From: a candidate division CPR2 bacterium GW2011_GWC2_39_35
GTDB taxonomy: Bacteria > Patescibacteriota > CPR2
Assembly (NCBI GenBank): GCA_000995065.1
Contig: LBWX01000001.1
Location: 31,563 to 95,562 of the forward strand
Direction: 5' to 3'
DNA length: 64,000 nt
The position numbers and the translations under genes were made by a program. Of the stretch, positions 27,268-36,133 are shown piece by piece (within the stretch, counting starts at the first letter, position 1; each line of letters opens with the position of its first letter). Below the pieces are notes generated by a model, which saw nothing but the letters and a program-made list of their open reading frames with translations, was not told the origin of the DNA and searched no databases.

Positions 27268-28488
27268 GTGACACCTAAAGAACAATCTTTTGCCGGAATT
27301 GATATAGGAAGCACGAAAGTTAATATTGTTGTTGGAGTAATAGAATATCCAAATACACCAAGCATTGTTGGTGTCGGGACATATCCAACAAGCGGTATTA
27401 GAAAAGGCGTTGTTATTGATGTCGAAGAAACCGTTAGCAGCATCTCGAGCGCCTTAGAACTTGCTGAAAGAAGTGCAGGGGTACCTATTACCCAAGCTAG
27501 TATAAATATTGATGGTTCTCACGTTGCCTCATTAAACAGCCGTGGTGTTATAGCAGTAGGCAGGGCAGATTCAGAAATTACTTTTGAAGATACTGTTAGG
27601 GCCGAGGAAGCAGCTCAAGCTATATCTTTACCTTCAAATAAAGAGATTATTCATGTTATTCCAAGAGAGTATTCCGTAGATAGCCAAACAGGAATTAAAG
27701 ATCCAATTGGAATGAGTGGCGTAAGGTTAGAAGTCGAAGCTCATATCATCACTGGTTCCCAGCCGGCCATTAGAAACCTGCTTAAATGTATTAATCAGGC
27801 TGGTATTAGCGCTGAAAATCAGATTGTTACGCCGCTGGCTGCGGCAAAGGCAATGCTTTCTAAGAGACAAAAAGAGCTAGGTTCTGTCTTAGTTGATATA
27901 GGAGGAGGCACGACCGGCATTGCGATTTTTGAGGAAGGAAATATTCTATATTCGGCTATTTTACCTATTGGCTCCGGACATATAACAAACGATATTGCTA
28001 TTGGTCTTAGAACTTCAGTTGATATTGCTGAAAAAGTGAAGCTAAAATATGGTTATGCTTCGCCTCAAGAGATTCCGGAGAAGGAAAAAATCGATTTGTC
28101 TGAGTTCGGTGGCGAAGGTATGACTTTCAGGCGTCAAGTAGCAAAGATTGTTGAAGCAAGACTGAAAGAAATTCTTGATTTGGTTAGAGATGAGTTAAGA
28201 AGAATAAATAAGGATGGTATGCTTCCCGGTGGCGTAGTTATTACCGGCGGCGGTGCGAACATGCCGGGACTTGCAATCTTAGCAAAACACATGCTTAAAC
28301 TTCCGTGTGAGATAGGGGAACCAAAGGGCATTCATGGACTTATCGATAAGGTTTCTGGTCCGGAGCATGCTACCGCTTTGGGTCTAATGCTGTATTCCAT
28401 GGACAAGCAGCAAACCTACGGCGCTAATGATAAATTAGCCAAAGCTTTTGACGGAATAAAGAAATTAGTCAAAATTTTCTTACCATAA
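27268..28488 (+). CDS. ftsA: Cell division protein FtsA
   Basis: IDIGSTK, PIGMSGVRLE, VDIGGGTT, ITNDI, TGGGA. Confidence 0.97.
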   Translation: MTPKEQSFAGIDIGSTKVNIVVGVIEYPNTPSIVGVGTYPTSGIRKGVVIDVEETVSSISSALELAERSAGVPITQASINIDGSHVASLNSRGVIAVGRADSEITFEDTVRAEEAAQAISLPSNKEIIHVIPREYSVDSQTGIKDPIGMSGVRLEVEAHIITGSQPAIRNLLKCINQAGISAENQIVTPLAAAKAMLSKRQKELGSVLVDIGGGTTGIAIFEEGNILYSAILPIGSGHITNDIAIGLRTSVDIAEKVKLKYGYASPQEIPEKEKIDLSEFGGEGMTFRRQVAKIVEARLKEILDLVRDELRRINKDGMLPGGVVITGGGANMPGLAILAKHMLKLPCEIGEPKGIHGLIDKVSGPEHATALGLMLYSMDKQQTYGANDKLAKAFDGIKKLVKIFLP

Positions 28489-28633
28489 TTGTTCAAGATA
28501 TCCACAGAAAATCAAATGATTTTCTTTTTTTATACTTAATCCGAATAAATAATTTATGCTAATTTTTAGGCTTTACAACTGAACAAATTTTATATACTAT
28601 TAGCGCAAGGATTTAATTTGAAGGAGGAGACAG

Positions 28634-29731
28634 GTGGAGATTAAACCGCAAGTCGAAACTTTTGCACGGATCAAGGTTGTCGGCTTAGGTGGAGGTGGCA
28701 CTAATGCCATTAATAGGATGATCGCAGCAAACTTGAGAGGTGTCGAGTTTATTGCGATTAACACTGATGCTCAATCGTTGCATCACTGCGATGCATCGAA
28801 GAAAGTCCACATTGGGAAAACAACCACTCGTGGACTCGGAGCAGGATCTGACCCTGACACGGGCCGAAAAGCAGCCGAAGAGTCTTCAGAAGAAATTTAT
28901 GAAGCCTTAAAGGGCGCAGACATGATCTTTCTAACTTGCGGTATGGGCGGCGGTACAGGCACCGGTTCTATACCAGTGGTGGCAAGTTTGGCAAGAGAAG
29001 TTGGCGCCTTGACAGTGGGAATCGTGACAAAACCATTTATCTTCGAAGGAGAAAGAAGAAAGAGAGTATCCGAAGAAGGCATGGATCTCTTAAAGGACAA
29101 GGTTGACACTTTAATTACTATTCCAAATGATCGACTGCTTACCATGATTGACAGGAAAACAACAATGCTAGATGCATTTAATGTGGTAGATGATGTTTTA
29201 CGTCAAGGCGTCCAAGGCATTTCTGATCTTATTACAGTTCATGGCGTAATTAATGTAGACTTTGCGGATGTTAAGGCAATCATGTCTAATGCTGGTTCGG
29301 CTCTAATGGGTATCGGTAGAGGAACTGGTGAAAACAGGGCTACAGAGGCTGCAAAAATGGCTATCAATAGTCCTCTGCTCGAGGTATCTATTGATGGCGC
29401 AAGAGGGGTATTATTCAATATATCCGGCGGTCCGGATCTGGGCATGTTCGAAATAGATGAAGCAGCTAAGGTTATTACTCAAGCCGTTGATTCAGACGCA
29501 AACATCATATTCGGTTCCGTCATCGATCCTAATATATCCGGAGAAATTAAGATTACCGTTGTTGCAACCGGGTTTTCTCCTGATAGGCCGCAAGCACCAC
29601 TAACCGAAACGCGCAGAATTGAGCCGGAGCCAGTGAGGACGTATCCGATCTTTACTTCTAAGCCAGAGGAAGATACCGAAAAAGACGATGAACTTGATAT
29701 CCCAGCCTTTATAAGGCATAGAGTAGAGTAG
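28634..29731 (+). CDS. ftsZ: Cell division protein FtsZ
   Basis: GGGGTNA, GMGGGTGTG, NVDFAD, C-terminal LDIPAFIR. Confidence 0.99.
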   Translation: MEIKPQVETFARIKVVGLGGGGTNAINRMIAANLRGVEFIAINTDAQSLHHCDASKKVHIGKTTTRGLGAGSDPDTGRKAAEESSEEIYEALKGADMIFLTCGMGGGTGTGSIPVVASLAREVGALTVGIVTKPFIFEGERRKRVSEEGMDLLKDKVDTLITIPNDRLLTMIDRKTTMLDAFNVVDDVLRQGVQGISDLITVHGVINVDFADVKAIMSNAGSALMGIGRGTGENRATEAAKMAINSPLLEVSIDGARGVLFNISGGPDLGMFEIDEAAKVITQAVDSDANIIFGSVIDPNISGEIKITVVATGFSPDRPQAPLTETRRIEPEPVRTYPIFTSKPEEDTEKDDELDIPAFIRHRVE

Positions 29732-29799
29732 TTTTAAAGATTTTTTATTGCAAGGATACCCGTTAAGAGTAACGGGTGTTTTTGTTTATATAGACGCCT

Positions 29800-29880
29800 T
29801 GTTGATATCTTTTGTAGGTGGATAAAGTGTTGTGGATTTTTACATTTTATCTTCTTAAAGCTAAAAAATCATGTGGAAAA
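29800..29880. promoter_or_regulatory. Cluster of DnaA-box-like 9-mers
   Basis: TGTTGATAT 29800, GGTGGATAA 29817, TGTGGATTT 29831, TGTGGAAAA 29872; all co-oriented, 1-2 mismatches to TGTGGATAA. Confidence 0.5.
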
Positions 29881-29888
29881 GAAAAGCA

Positions 29889-29941
29889 TTGACACGCTAT
29901 ATATAGGGTTATAAGCTAACTTATAACACTATATATAGTAT
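29889..29941 (+). promoter_or_regulatory. Tandem NrdR boxes overlapping a promoter
   Basis: ACGCTATATATAGGGT (29894-29909) and ACACTATATATAGTAT (29926-29941), 32 bp apart, matching acaCwAtATaTwGtgt; TTGACA at 29889. Confidence 0.88.
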
Positions 29942-29953
29942 TAGGAGTTATCT

Positions 29954-30418
29954 ATGCAATGTCTTGATTGCAAACAAAATGATACAAAGGTTATGGAATC
30001 CCGCGAGCTTTACGACGGTGAGGTAATAAGGAGAAGAAGAGAGTGCTTGCATTGTAATTCTAGATTTACTACCTATGAGAGAGTAGAAACCCCAGTTCTT
30101 ATAATTGTAAAAAAAGATGGCAAGCATGAACAATTTATAAGGCAAAAAGTGGCCAATGGTATCTATAGGGCTTGCGAAAAACGAGAAATACCGCAGTTAC
30201 AGATTGAGCAAATTATTACTAAAATAGAAAAAAAATTAAGAGCTACTGGTGAATCAGAAATTTCCAGCAAAGAAATTGGAGAAATTGTGTTAGAAGAATT
30301 AGCAAATTTAGATGATGTAAGCTATATAAGATTTGCTTCTGTATACAAATCATTTACGGATATAGATAGCTTTCAAGATGTCTTAAATGAATTAAAGAAA
30401 GAAAAATCAAAAATATAA
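29954..30418 (+). CDS. nrdR: Transcriptional repressor NrdR
   Basis: CxxC..TKV.ESR, IRRRRECxxC..RFTTYE, ATP cone, YIRFASVY. Confidence 0.98.
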   Translation: MQCLDCKQNDTKVMESRELYDGEVIRRRRECLHCNSRFTTYERVETPVLIIVKKDGKHEQFIRQKVANGIYRACEKREIPQLQIEQIITKIEKKLRATGESEISSKEIGEIVLEELANLDDVSYIRFASVYKSFTDIDSFQDVLNELKKEKSKI

Positions 30419-30428
30419 AGGGGGTAAA

Positions 30429-32261
30429 ATGCTTACAAGAGTTGCAAAGGAAAAACTGACAAAAGAGGCTGAAGAGTTATTGGAGAGCGCCTACTACCAT
30501 ACAGATTTTAGAGGAAGCGGTTTGGATAATTTTGATGGATTATGTAGGCGGGCGGCTAAAGAAGCTAGTAAAGCGGAATTTCGGGTGAGTTCCCGAATGC
30601 TTATTGAGGAAGAATTTTATAGTGCGATAGTCAATCTTAAATTTCTGCCAAGTTCCCGGATTTTAAAAAATATTGGATTGAACAATGATCTTCTCTCGGA
30701 TCGGATTGATTATCTAAAGAGCGATTTTGAAACGAACCACACCAATCCGGCTGAGCTTTTTAAGTCAAAGAATCTACTTTTTAAGCGAATTGACGATCCG
30801 GACATTGAAAATTTTTTAGATAAAGAACAGGATCTGGAGGTAATAACTGTTGTTAGCTTAACCGAAAATTTTATGAGCTCAGTAATTAAGGATGGTTATT
30901 ATGATTTACTCATGCACGGAAACGGACAACCGGTAAGGAAGTTAAGGGCGAGAGAAGTGTGGAGCAAGCTTATAGGGTTAATTATGCAGCGGGATGCAAT
31001 AAATATAGCTTTTGGCGATGAGGTGATGAGATCTAACAATATTTCCCCGTCAGAAAGCTTAAAAGAGTTAATGCAAATTTTTTATGAAGAAAGTTTAAGT
31101 GTCGGGTATATCAACCTAGCAAAATTCGTTCGAGATGAAGAAATTCTTTGGGATGACTTGCAAGATACCTTAAAGACCGGTGTTAGGTTTTTAAATAATG
31201 TTGTGGAACTTTTAAATGAGCCGTCTTGTAAGACAGTAAAAAGAAATCTTGGATTGGGAGTTACTGGCTTTGCAGATTTGCTCATTAAGCTTCGGATTCC
31301 GTATTCATCAAGTACAGCGGTTGATTTCGCTGAAAAACTCGCAAGGTTTTTATATGTTGAATCGAATAAAGCCATAGAGGAGGTTATGGCTGAAAAGCAG
31401 CACTCTAATGATGGCGACAATAGTCTCTTTATAAATAATAATAGTTATCTTGCGATTCTTCCTTCAAAGGAAATAGCAGTCATTACAAATACCGAGAAAG
31501 GCATTGATGCAATAAATAGCTTGGTAAACGAAAATGGCCAGATCAACTCTCTTTTTTATGAAATTGCAACGAGGGAAGGTTTTTACAATGAAGATTTGGA
31601 AAGCGCTCTTAAAGAAGATAATAAGGTTACATATAATAAACTATTTCCTCTAAAATGGCAGGATATCTTTGCTTTATCCAGCGAAATAGCTCCCGAAAAG
31701 CAAATTAAGATTCAAGCCGCTTTTCAGAAATATGTTGATAACATCGTCTTTAAAAACGTTAATATTTCCAAAGAAACAACTCAAAATGAATATGAAGACA
31801 TGGTATTAATGGCTTACAGGATGGGGCTTAAAATGTTGAGCATAACTAAAGAAGCAGAAGACGAAAAATACAACCCAATAACCGACAAAGAAGAGAATTT
31901 TCGTGAGACGGAAAGGATGCTTAAAAAATCTGATGAATTAGTTGTGTATGAGAGTAAGACTGTTAAGGTTAAGGTCCCCTGTGGAGAGCTCCTGGTTACC
32001 ATAAACACAAATGAGGTTAAAGAAAACCAGGGCATATTTGTTAATTTTGAAGGAAATAATAAGTGCGCTATACCGCAATTGCAGCTAGTAGCGAAGCTAA
32101 GTTTATCTCAAATCAATAATTCAGATAATAATGCTGAGGTTTTAGGAGAGTTAAGTAGGGTTACTTGTAAAGGACACAGTGATGATAATGAAGGTGTATT
32201 AATTGCCAAATCGTGTAGCGAAGCCATCGCGAAAGCTCTAAAGGTAGTAAAATCAGAATAA
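30429..32261 (+). CDS. Class II (NrdJ-like) ribonucleotide reductase homologue lacking catalytic cysteines, with a C-terminal TSCPD-like domain
   Basis: FLPSSRIL.N.G, INLA, RNLGLGVTGFADLL..L.IPY.S, QAAFQKYVDN; no NPCxE; tail PCG.L.VTIN...SCSEAIAKAL. Confidence 0.8.
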   Translation: MLTRVAKEKLTKEAEELLESAYYHTDFRGSGLDNFDGLCRRAAKEASKAEFRVSSRMLIEEEFYSAIVNLKFLPSSRILKNIGLNNDLLSDRIDYLKSDFETNHTNPAELFKSKNLLFKRIDDPDIENFLDKEQDLEVITVVSLTENFMSSVIKDGYYDLLMHGNGQPVRKLRAREVWSKLIGLIMQRDAINIAFGDEVMRSNNISPSESLKELMQIFYEESLSVGYINLAKFVRDEEILWDDLQDTLKTGVRFLNNVVELLNEPSCKTVKRNLGLGVTGFADLLIKLRIPYSSSTAVDFAEKLARFLYVESNKAIEEVMAEKQHSNDGDNSLFINNNSYLAILPSKEIAVITNTEKGIDAINSLVNENGQINSLFYEIATREGFYNEDLESALKEDNKVTYNKLFPLKWQDIFALSSEIAPEKQIKIQAAFQKYVDNIVFKNVNISKETTQNEYEDMVLMAYRMGLKMLSITKEAEDEKYNPITDKEENFRETERMLKKSDELVVYESKTVKVKVPCGELLVTINTNEVKENQGIFVNFEGNNKCAIPQLQLVAKLSLSQINNSDNNAEVLGELSRVTCKGHSDDNEGVLIAKSCSEAIAKALKVVKSE

Positions 32262-32289
32262 ATCCAAGTGAAATAAAAAGGAGGAAAAA

Positions 32290-34434
32290 TTGAAAGAAAA
32301 TGCCGACATGGAGCAAGCTCAGCTTAATCTAGGAAAGAAAGTTCTAGAAAAAAAGCCTTTTACCCACATCATAAAGCGTAATGGAGATTTGGTTAGGTTT
32401 GAGAACGTAAAGATTACCAATGCAATTCTAAAGGCGGGAGCGGCCACAGGAGAGCTTAATGAAAAGCTTGCTAAGAAATTATCCGATAAAGCGGTAAATC
32501 TCTTAATAAGAAAGTTTGAGAATAACCCACCTACGGTTGAGCAAATTCAGGATGTAGTGGAACACATTTTAATTGATTCGATATTTGAGGAGACAGCAAA
32601 GGCCTATATCCACTATCGAAGAAAAAGGGCAGAGGCCAGAGAGGTTACAAAACTGCTTGACCCTCAAGCAATAATGGAAGGCTATCTTAATGAAACCGAT
32701 TGGCGAGTTAAAGAAAATAGTAATATGAGCTACTCGTTACAGGGTCTAAATAACTATATCAGTACAGCTGTGACCACTAAATATTGGCTCGAGAAAATGT
32801 ATCCTGAAAACATCAAGAAGGCTCATATCGACGGCGATTATCATATTCACGACCTATACATATTAGCGGCTTATTGTTCCGGTTGGGACTTAAAGGATCT
32901 GCTGCTAAGCGGTTTTGGGGGAGTGAGAGGCAAAATAGAGAGCGGGCCTGCTAAGCATCTTCGCGTTGCCTTAGGGCAGATTGTCAATTTCTTTTACACT
33001 CTTCAGGGGGAAGTTGCCGGCGCTGTTGCTTTTTCCAATTTTGATACTTACTTAGCACCTTTTGTCCGCTATGACAAGCTTGCTTATAAGGACGTTAAGC
33101 AATGCCTTCAGGAATTTGTTTTTAATATTAATGTTCCGACGAGAGTTGGTTTTCAAACTCCTTTTACTAATATCACTATGGACGTAAAGCCATCGAAGCT
33201 GATCGGTGAAGAGAATGTTATAATTGGCGGCAAGCCCCAAAAGGAAAAGTATAAAGAATTTCAGAAGGAAATGGATCTTATAAACAAAGCTTTTGCCGAA
33301 GTAATGATGGAAGGGGATGCAAAGGGTAGAGTCTTCACGTTTCCAATTCCGACTTACAATATCACAAAGGATTTTAACTGGGACAATCCGGTCTTAGATC
33401 CCGTCTGGGAGATGTCTGCTAAATACGGCATCCCTTATTTTTCGAACTTTATCAATTCTGATATGGATCCGGATGATGCTCGTTCTATGTGCTGTCGCCT
33501 TCGAATTGATAATACCGAGCTTCGAAAAAGAGGCGGCGGCTTATTCGGCGCTAATCCTCTGACGGGCAGTGTCGGAGTAGTCACAATTAATCTGGCCAGG
33601 GTCGGTTACTTATCTGAGAACAAGAAGGAATTTTTAGAAAGAGTCGGGACTCTGGCCGATCTAGCACATGAAAGTCTGATAATTAAAAGAAAAGCGGTCG
33701 AAAAGTTTACGTTAGAAGGTTTATATCCTTATGCGAAAGTTTATCTTGATAGTGTGTATAAAAGATATGGCAAGTATTGGCAAAATCATTTTTCGACCAT
33801 TGGAGTACTTGGTATGAACGAAGCCATGTTAAACTTTAGAGGAAAAGGCTTAGGCGATGAGGAATCTCGAAGCTTTGCATTAGAAGTAATGGATTTCTTA
33901 AATGACAAGATGCTTAGATATCAGAAAGAGACGGGAAATCTATATAATTTAGAGGCTACTCCCGGAGAAGGAACCACTTATCGGTTTGCAAGACTTGATA
34001 AGAAAAAATATGCTGATATTATGGTGGCTAACGAAGACGCATTTAGGGAAGGTGCTGAGCCATATTACACTAATTCTTCTTGGCATCCTGTTAATTTTAC
34101 AAACGATATCTTTGAGCTATTGGATAAGCAGGATGACTTTCAGACTAAATATACCGGCGGCACGGTGCTTCATAACTACATCGGCGAAAGAATTAATAAT
34201 GTTAATTCTTTTAAAAAGCTAGTAAAAACTATTGCTGAAAATTATAAATTGCCTTACTTTACTATTACTCCTACATTTAGCGTTTGCCCAAAACATGGAT
34301 ATTTAGCCGGGGAACATCACTTCTGCCCGATCTGCGATGAAGAAATTGGTTATAGAGAGCAGTTAACTCTAGAAATTCCAACGGAAAGTAAGACCCAATC
34401 AAAACTTAATGTTAAACAAAAAATAAAAGCCTAA
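32290..34434 (+). CDS. nrdD: Class III anaerobic ribonucleoside-triphosphate reductase, large fragment (ATP cone plus barrel; no glycyl-radical loop)
   Basis: IIKRNG ATP cone, HIHDL, YCSGW, RSMCCRL, EATPGEG..YRFA, YTGGTVLH, CPKHG...CPIC; no RVxGY. Confidence 0.93.
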   Translation: MKENADMEQAQLNLGKKVLEKKPFTHIIKRNGDLVRFENVKITNAILKAGAATGELNEKLAKKLSDKAVNLLIRKFENNPPTVEQIQDVVEHILIDSIFEETAKAYIHYRRKRAEAREVTKLLDPQAIMEGYLNETDWRVKENSNMSYSLQGLNNYISTAVTTKYWLEKMYPENIKKAHIDGDYHIHDLYILAAYCSGWDLKDLLLSGFGGVRGKIESGPAKHLRVALGQIVNFFYTLQGEVAGAVAFSNFDTYLAPFVRYDKLAYKDVKQCLQEFVFNINVPTRVGFQTPFTNITMDVKPSKLIGEENVIIGGKPQKEKYKEFQKEMDLINKAFAEVMMEGDAKGRVFTFPIPTYNITKDFNWDNPVLDPVWEMSAKYGIPYFSNFINSDMDPDDARSMCCRLRIDNTELRKRGGGLFGANPLTGSVGVVTINLARVGYLSENKKEFLERVGTLADLAHESLIIKRKAVEKFTLEGLYPYAKVYLDSVYKRYGKYWQNHFSTIGVLGMNEAMLNFRGKGLGDEESRSFALEVMDFLNDKMLRYQKETGNLYNLEATPGEGTTYRFARLDKKKYADIMVANEDAFREGAEPYYTNSSWHPVNFTNDIFELLDKQDDFQTKYTGGTVLHNYIGERINNVNSFKKLVKTIAENYKLPYFTITPTFSVCPKHGYLAGEHHFCPICDEEIGYREQLTLEIPTESKTQSKLNVKQKIKA

Positions 34435-34449
34435 CGAAGGGAGGGAAAG

Positions 34450-34620
34450 ATGAAACCCATAGAAGAAATAGAAAATTTAGAAGACAAGAGACAACCTTGC
34501 GAAGTATTCTCGCGAGTGGTTGGGTATATTCGGCCGGTTCATCAGTGGAATAAAGGAAAACAATCGGAATTTAAGGACAGAAAGTTACTCAATATGGAAT
34601 TAGATATAGAAGAAGTTTAA
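34450..34620 (+). CDS. Stand-alone NrdD glycyl-radical peptide (56 aa)
   Basis: MKPIEEIENLEDKRQPCEVFSRVVGYIRPVHQWNKGKQSEFKDRKLLNMELDIEEV; SD GGAGGG; below the ORF-track length cutoff. Confidence 0.93.
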   Translation: MKPIEEIENLEDKRQPCEVFSRVVGYIRPVHQWNKGKQSEFKDRKLLNMELDIEEV

Positions 34621-34657
34621 GGGTTATCAGCATAAAGGCTATGGACGAAGGCAACTC

Positions 34658-35359
34658 ATGATTATCAGCGGTTTAGAAAAAACGACGCTTATTGACTATC
34701 CGGGCAAAATTGCCGCAACTATTTTTACATACGGGTGTAATTTTAGGTGCGGTTTTTGTCATAATCCAGACCTAGTGATCGGAAAAAAAGAAGATAGACC
34801 AATTATTACCGAGGAAGAAATATTAACTTTCCTTAAAAAACGAAAGGGTATCTTGGAGGGTGTTTGCATTACGGGCGGAGAACCGACTATCCATAAAGAT
34901 TTGCCGACATTTATTAACAAAATAAAGAAAATAGGGTTGAATGTAAAACTTGACTCTAACGGCACAAATCCCGAAATGCTAAAAGAATTAATCGAAAATA
35001 ACCTGATTGATTATATTGCCATGGACATTAAAAATTCTCTTAGCGAGTATAATCTCACGACAAACACAAGCGTTGATACCGGAAAAATTAAAGAGAGTAT
35101 CAAGATTATCCTCAGTAGCGGTCTTCACTACGAATTTAGAACAACGCTACTTCCAAGGCTGCATAATAAGACCGCTTTGGATGAAATAGGGCGTTTATTA
35201 AAGGGCGCTAAGAAATATACATTACAGGGCTTTCGTCCGGGCATAACTATTTCTAAAAGTTTTGAGACGGAGAAAATCTTTAGCAAGGAAGATCTTATTG
35301 AATTAAAGATGGTTCTTAAGAAATATGTTAAGGATATCGAAGTAATTGATAATTTGTGA
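34658..35359 (+). CDS. nrdG: Anaerobic RNR activating enzyme (radical SAM)
   Basis: IDYPG, GCNFRCGFCHNP, ITGGEPT, DSNG, EFRTT. Confidence 0.95.
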   Translation: MIISGLEKTTLIDYPGKIAATIFTYGCNFRCGFCHNPDLVIGKKEDRPIITEEEILTFLKKRKGILEGVCITGGEPTIHKDLPTFINKIKKIGLNVKLDSNGTNPEMLKELIENNLIDYIAMDIKNSLSEYNLTTNTSVDTGKIKESIKIILSSGLHYEFRTTLLPRLHNKTALDEIGRLLKGAKKYTLQGFRPGITISKSFETEKIFSKEDLIELKMVLKKYVKDIEVIDNL

Positions 35360-35378
35360 TATACTTAGACCAACACTC

Positions 35379-35642
35379 ATGAAGGTATTAATATTTTCAA
35401 AAGACAATAGTTCGTATTTCGAGGAAAGAGCGTTAGATGATTTCGAATCTAACCTGAAATCCGATCATTTTGAAGTAGAGAAATTGGATACGGAAAATGT
35501 CGACGGAAATTTAAGAGCGCTTCTGTATGATATTATGACTACGCCTTCGGTTGTTGTAACGACAAGTGATGGACAATATATTCGCGCTTGGAGTGGCGAA
35601 TTGCCGCCTCTTGCTGAAATTAAGTATTATTTAACGGTGTAA
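35379..35642 (+). CDS. Thioredoxin-fold small protein without CxxC
   Basis: YDIMTTPSVVV...DG...W.G..P resembles the thioredoxin cis-Pro region; no Cys from the ATG at 35379. Confidence 0.6.
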   Translation: MKVLIFSKDNSSYFEERALDDFESNLKSDHFEVEKLDTENVDGNLRALLYDIMTTPSVVVTTSDGQYIRAWSGELPPLAEIKYYLTV

Positions 35643-35645
35643 TAT

Positions 35646-35903
35646 ATGAAATTTTTATTAAGCGACATCATTGATCTAATAGCAAATGCTCTAACTCTCC
35701 TCTTATTTGCAAGAGCTATTATTTCCTGGATCCCAAATGCCCACAATAAATTTAGCGACTTTATTGTAAAAGCCACCGACCCCTTCTTAAATCCCATCAG
35801 AAGCGTGGTTCCTGTTGTTGGCGGTGTCGATTTTTCACCGCTTGTCCTGTTTTTTGTCATACAGGTCTTAAGGAATCTACTGTTTAGATTTGCCGGAGTT
35901 TAA
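35646..35903 (+). CDS. yggT: YggT family membrane protein
   Basis: R.I.SWIP, TDP.L.PIR..P..GG.DFSP. Confidence 0.92.
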   Translation: MKFLLSDIIDLIANALTLLLFARAIISWIPNAHNKFSDFIVKATDPFLNPIRSVVPVVGGVDFSPLVLFFVIQVLRNLLFRFAGV

Positions 35904-36133
35904 TGAAAATCACGGTTAAGGTGACTCCTAATGCCAGAGATAATCTTGTTATACCAATCGAAGATGATTTTAGGGTGAGAGTAACAGCGCCGGCCGGCAA
36001 GGGGCAAGCAAATGCAAAAGTTATAGAACTGATTTCGGAGTATTTTAAGGTACCAAAATCGAAAGTAGAAATAATTAGCGGCTGGAATTTTAGAGAGAAA
36101 ATTGTTAAGATTGAGACAGATGAAGACAAATAG
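35903..36133 (+). CDS. DUF167 / YggU family protein
   Basis: VKVTPNA, V.VTAP..KGQAN..VI, F.VPKS.V.I.SG...R.K. Confidence 0.92.
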   Translation: MKITVKVTPNARDNLVIPIEDDFRVRVTAPAGKGQANAKVIELISEYFKVPKSKVEIISGWNFREKIVKIETDEDK

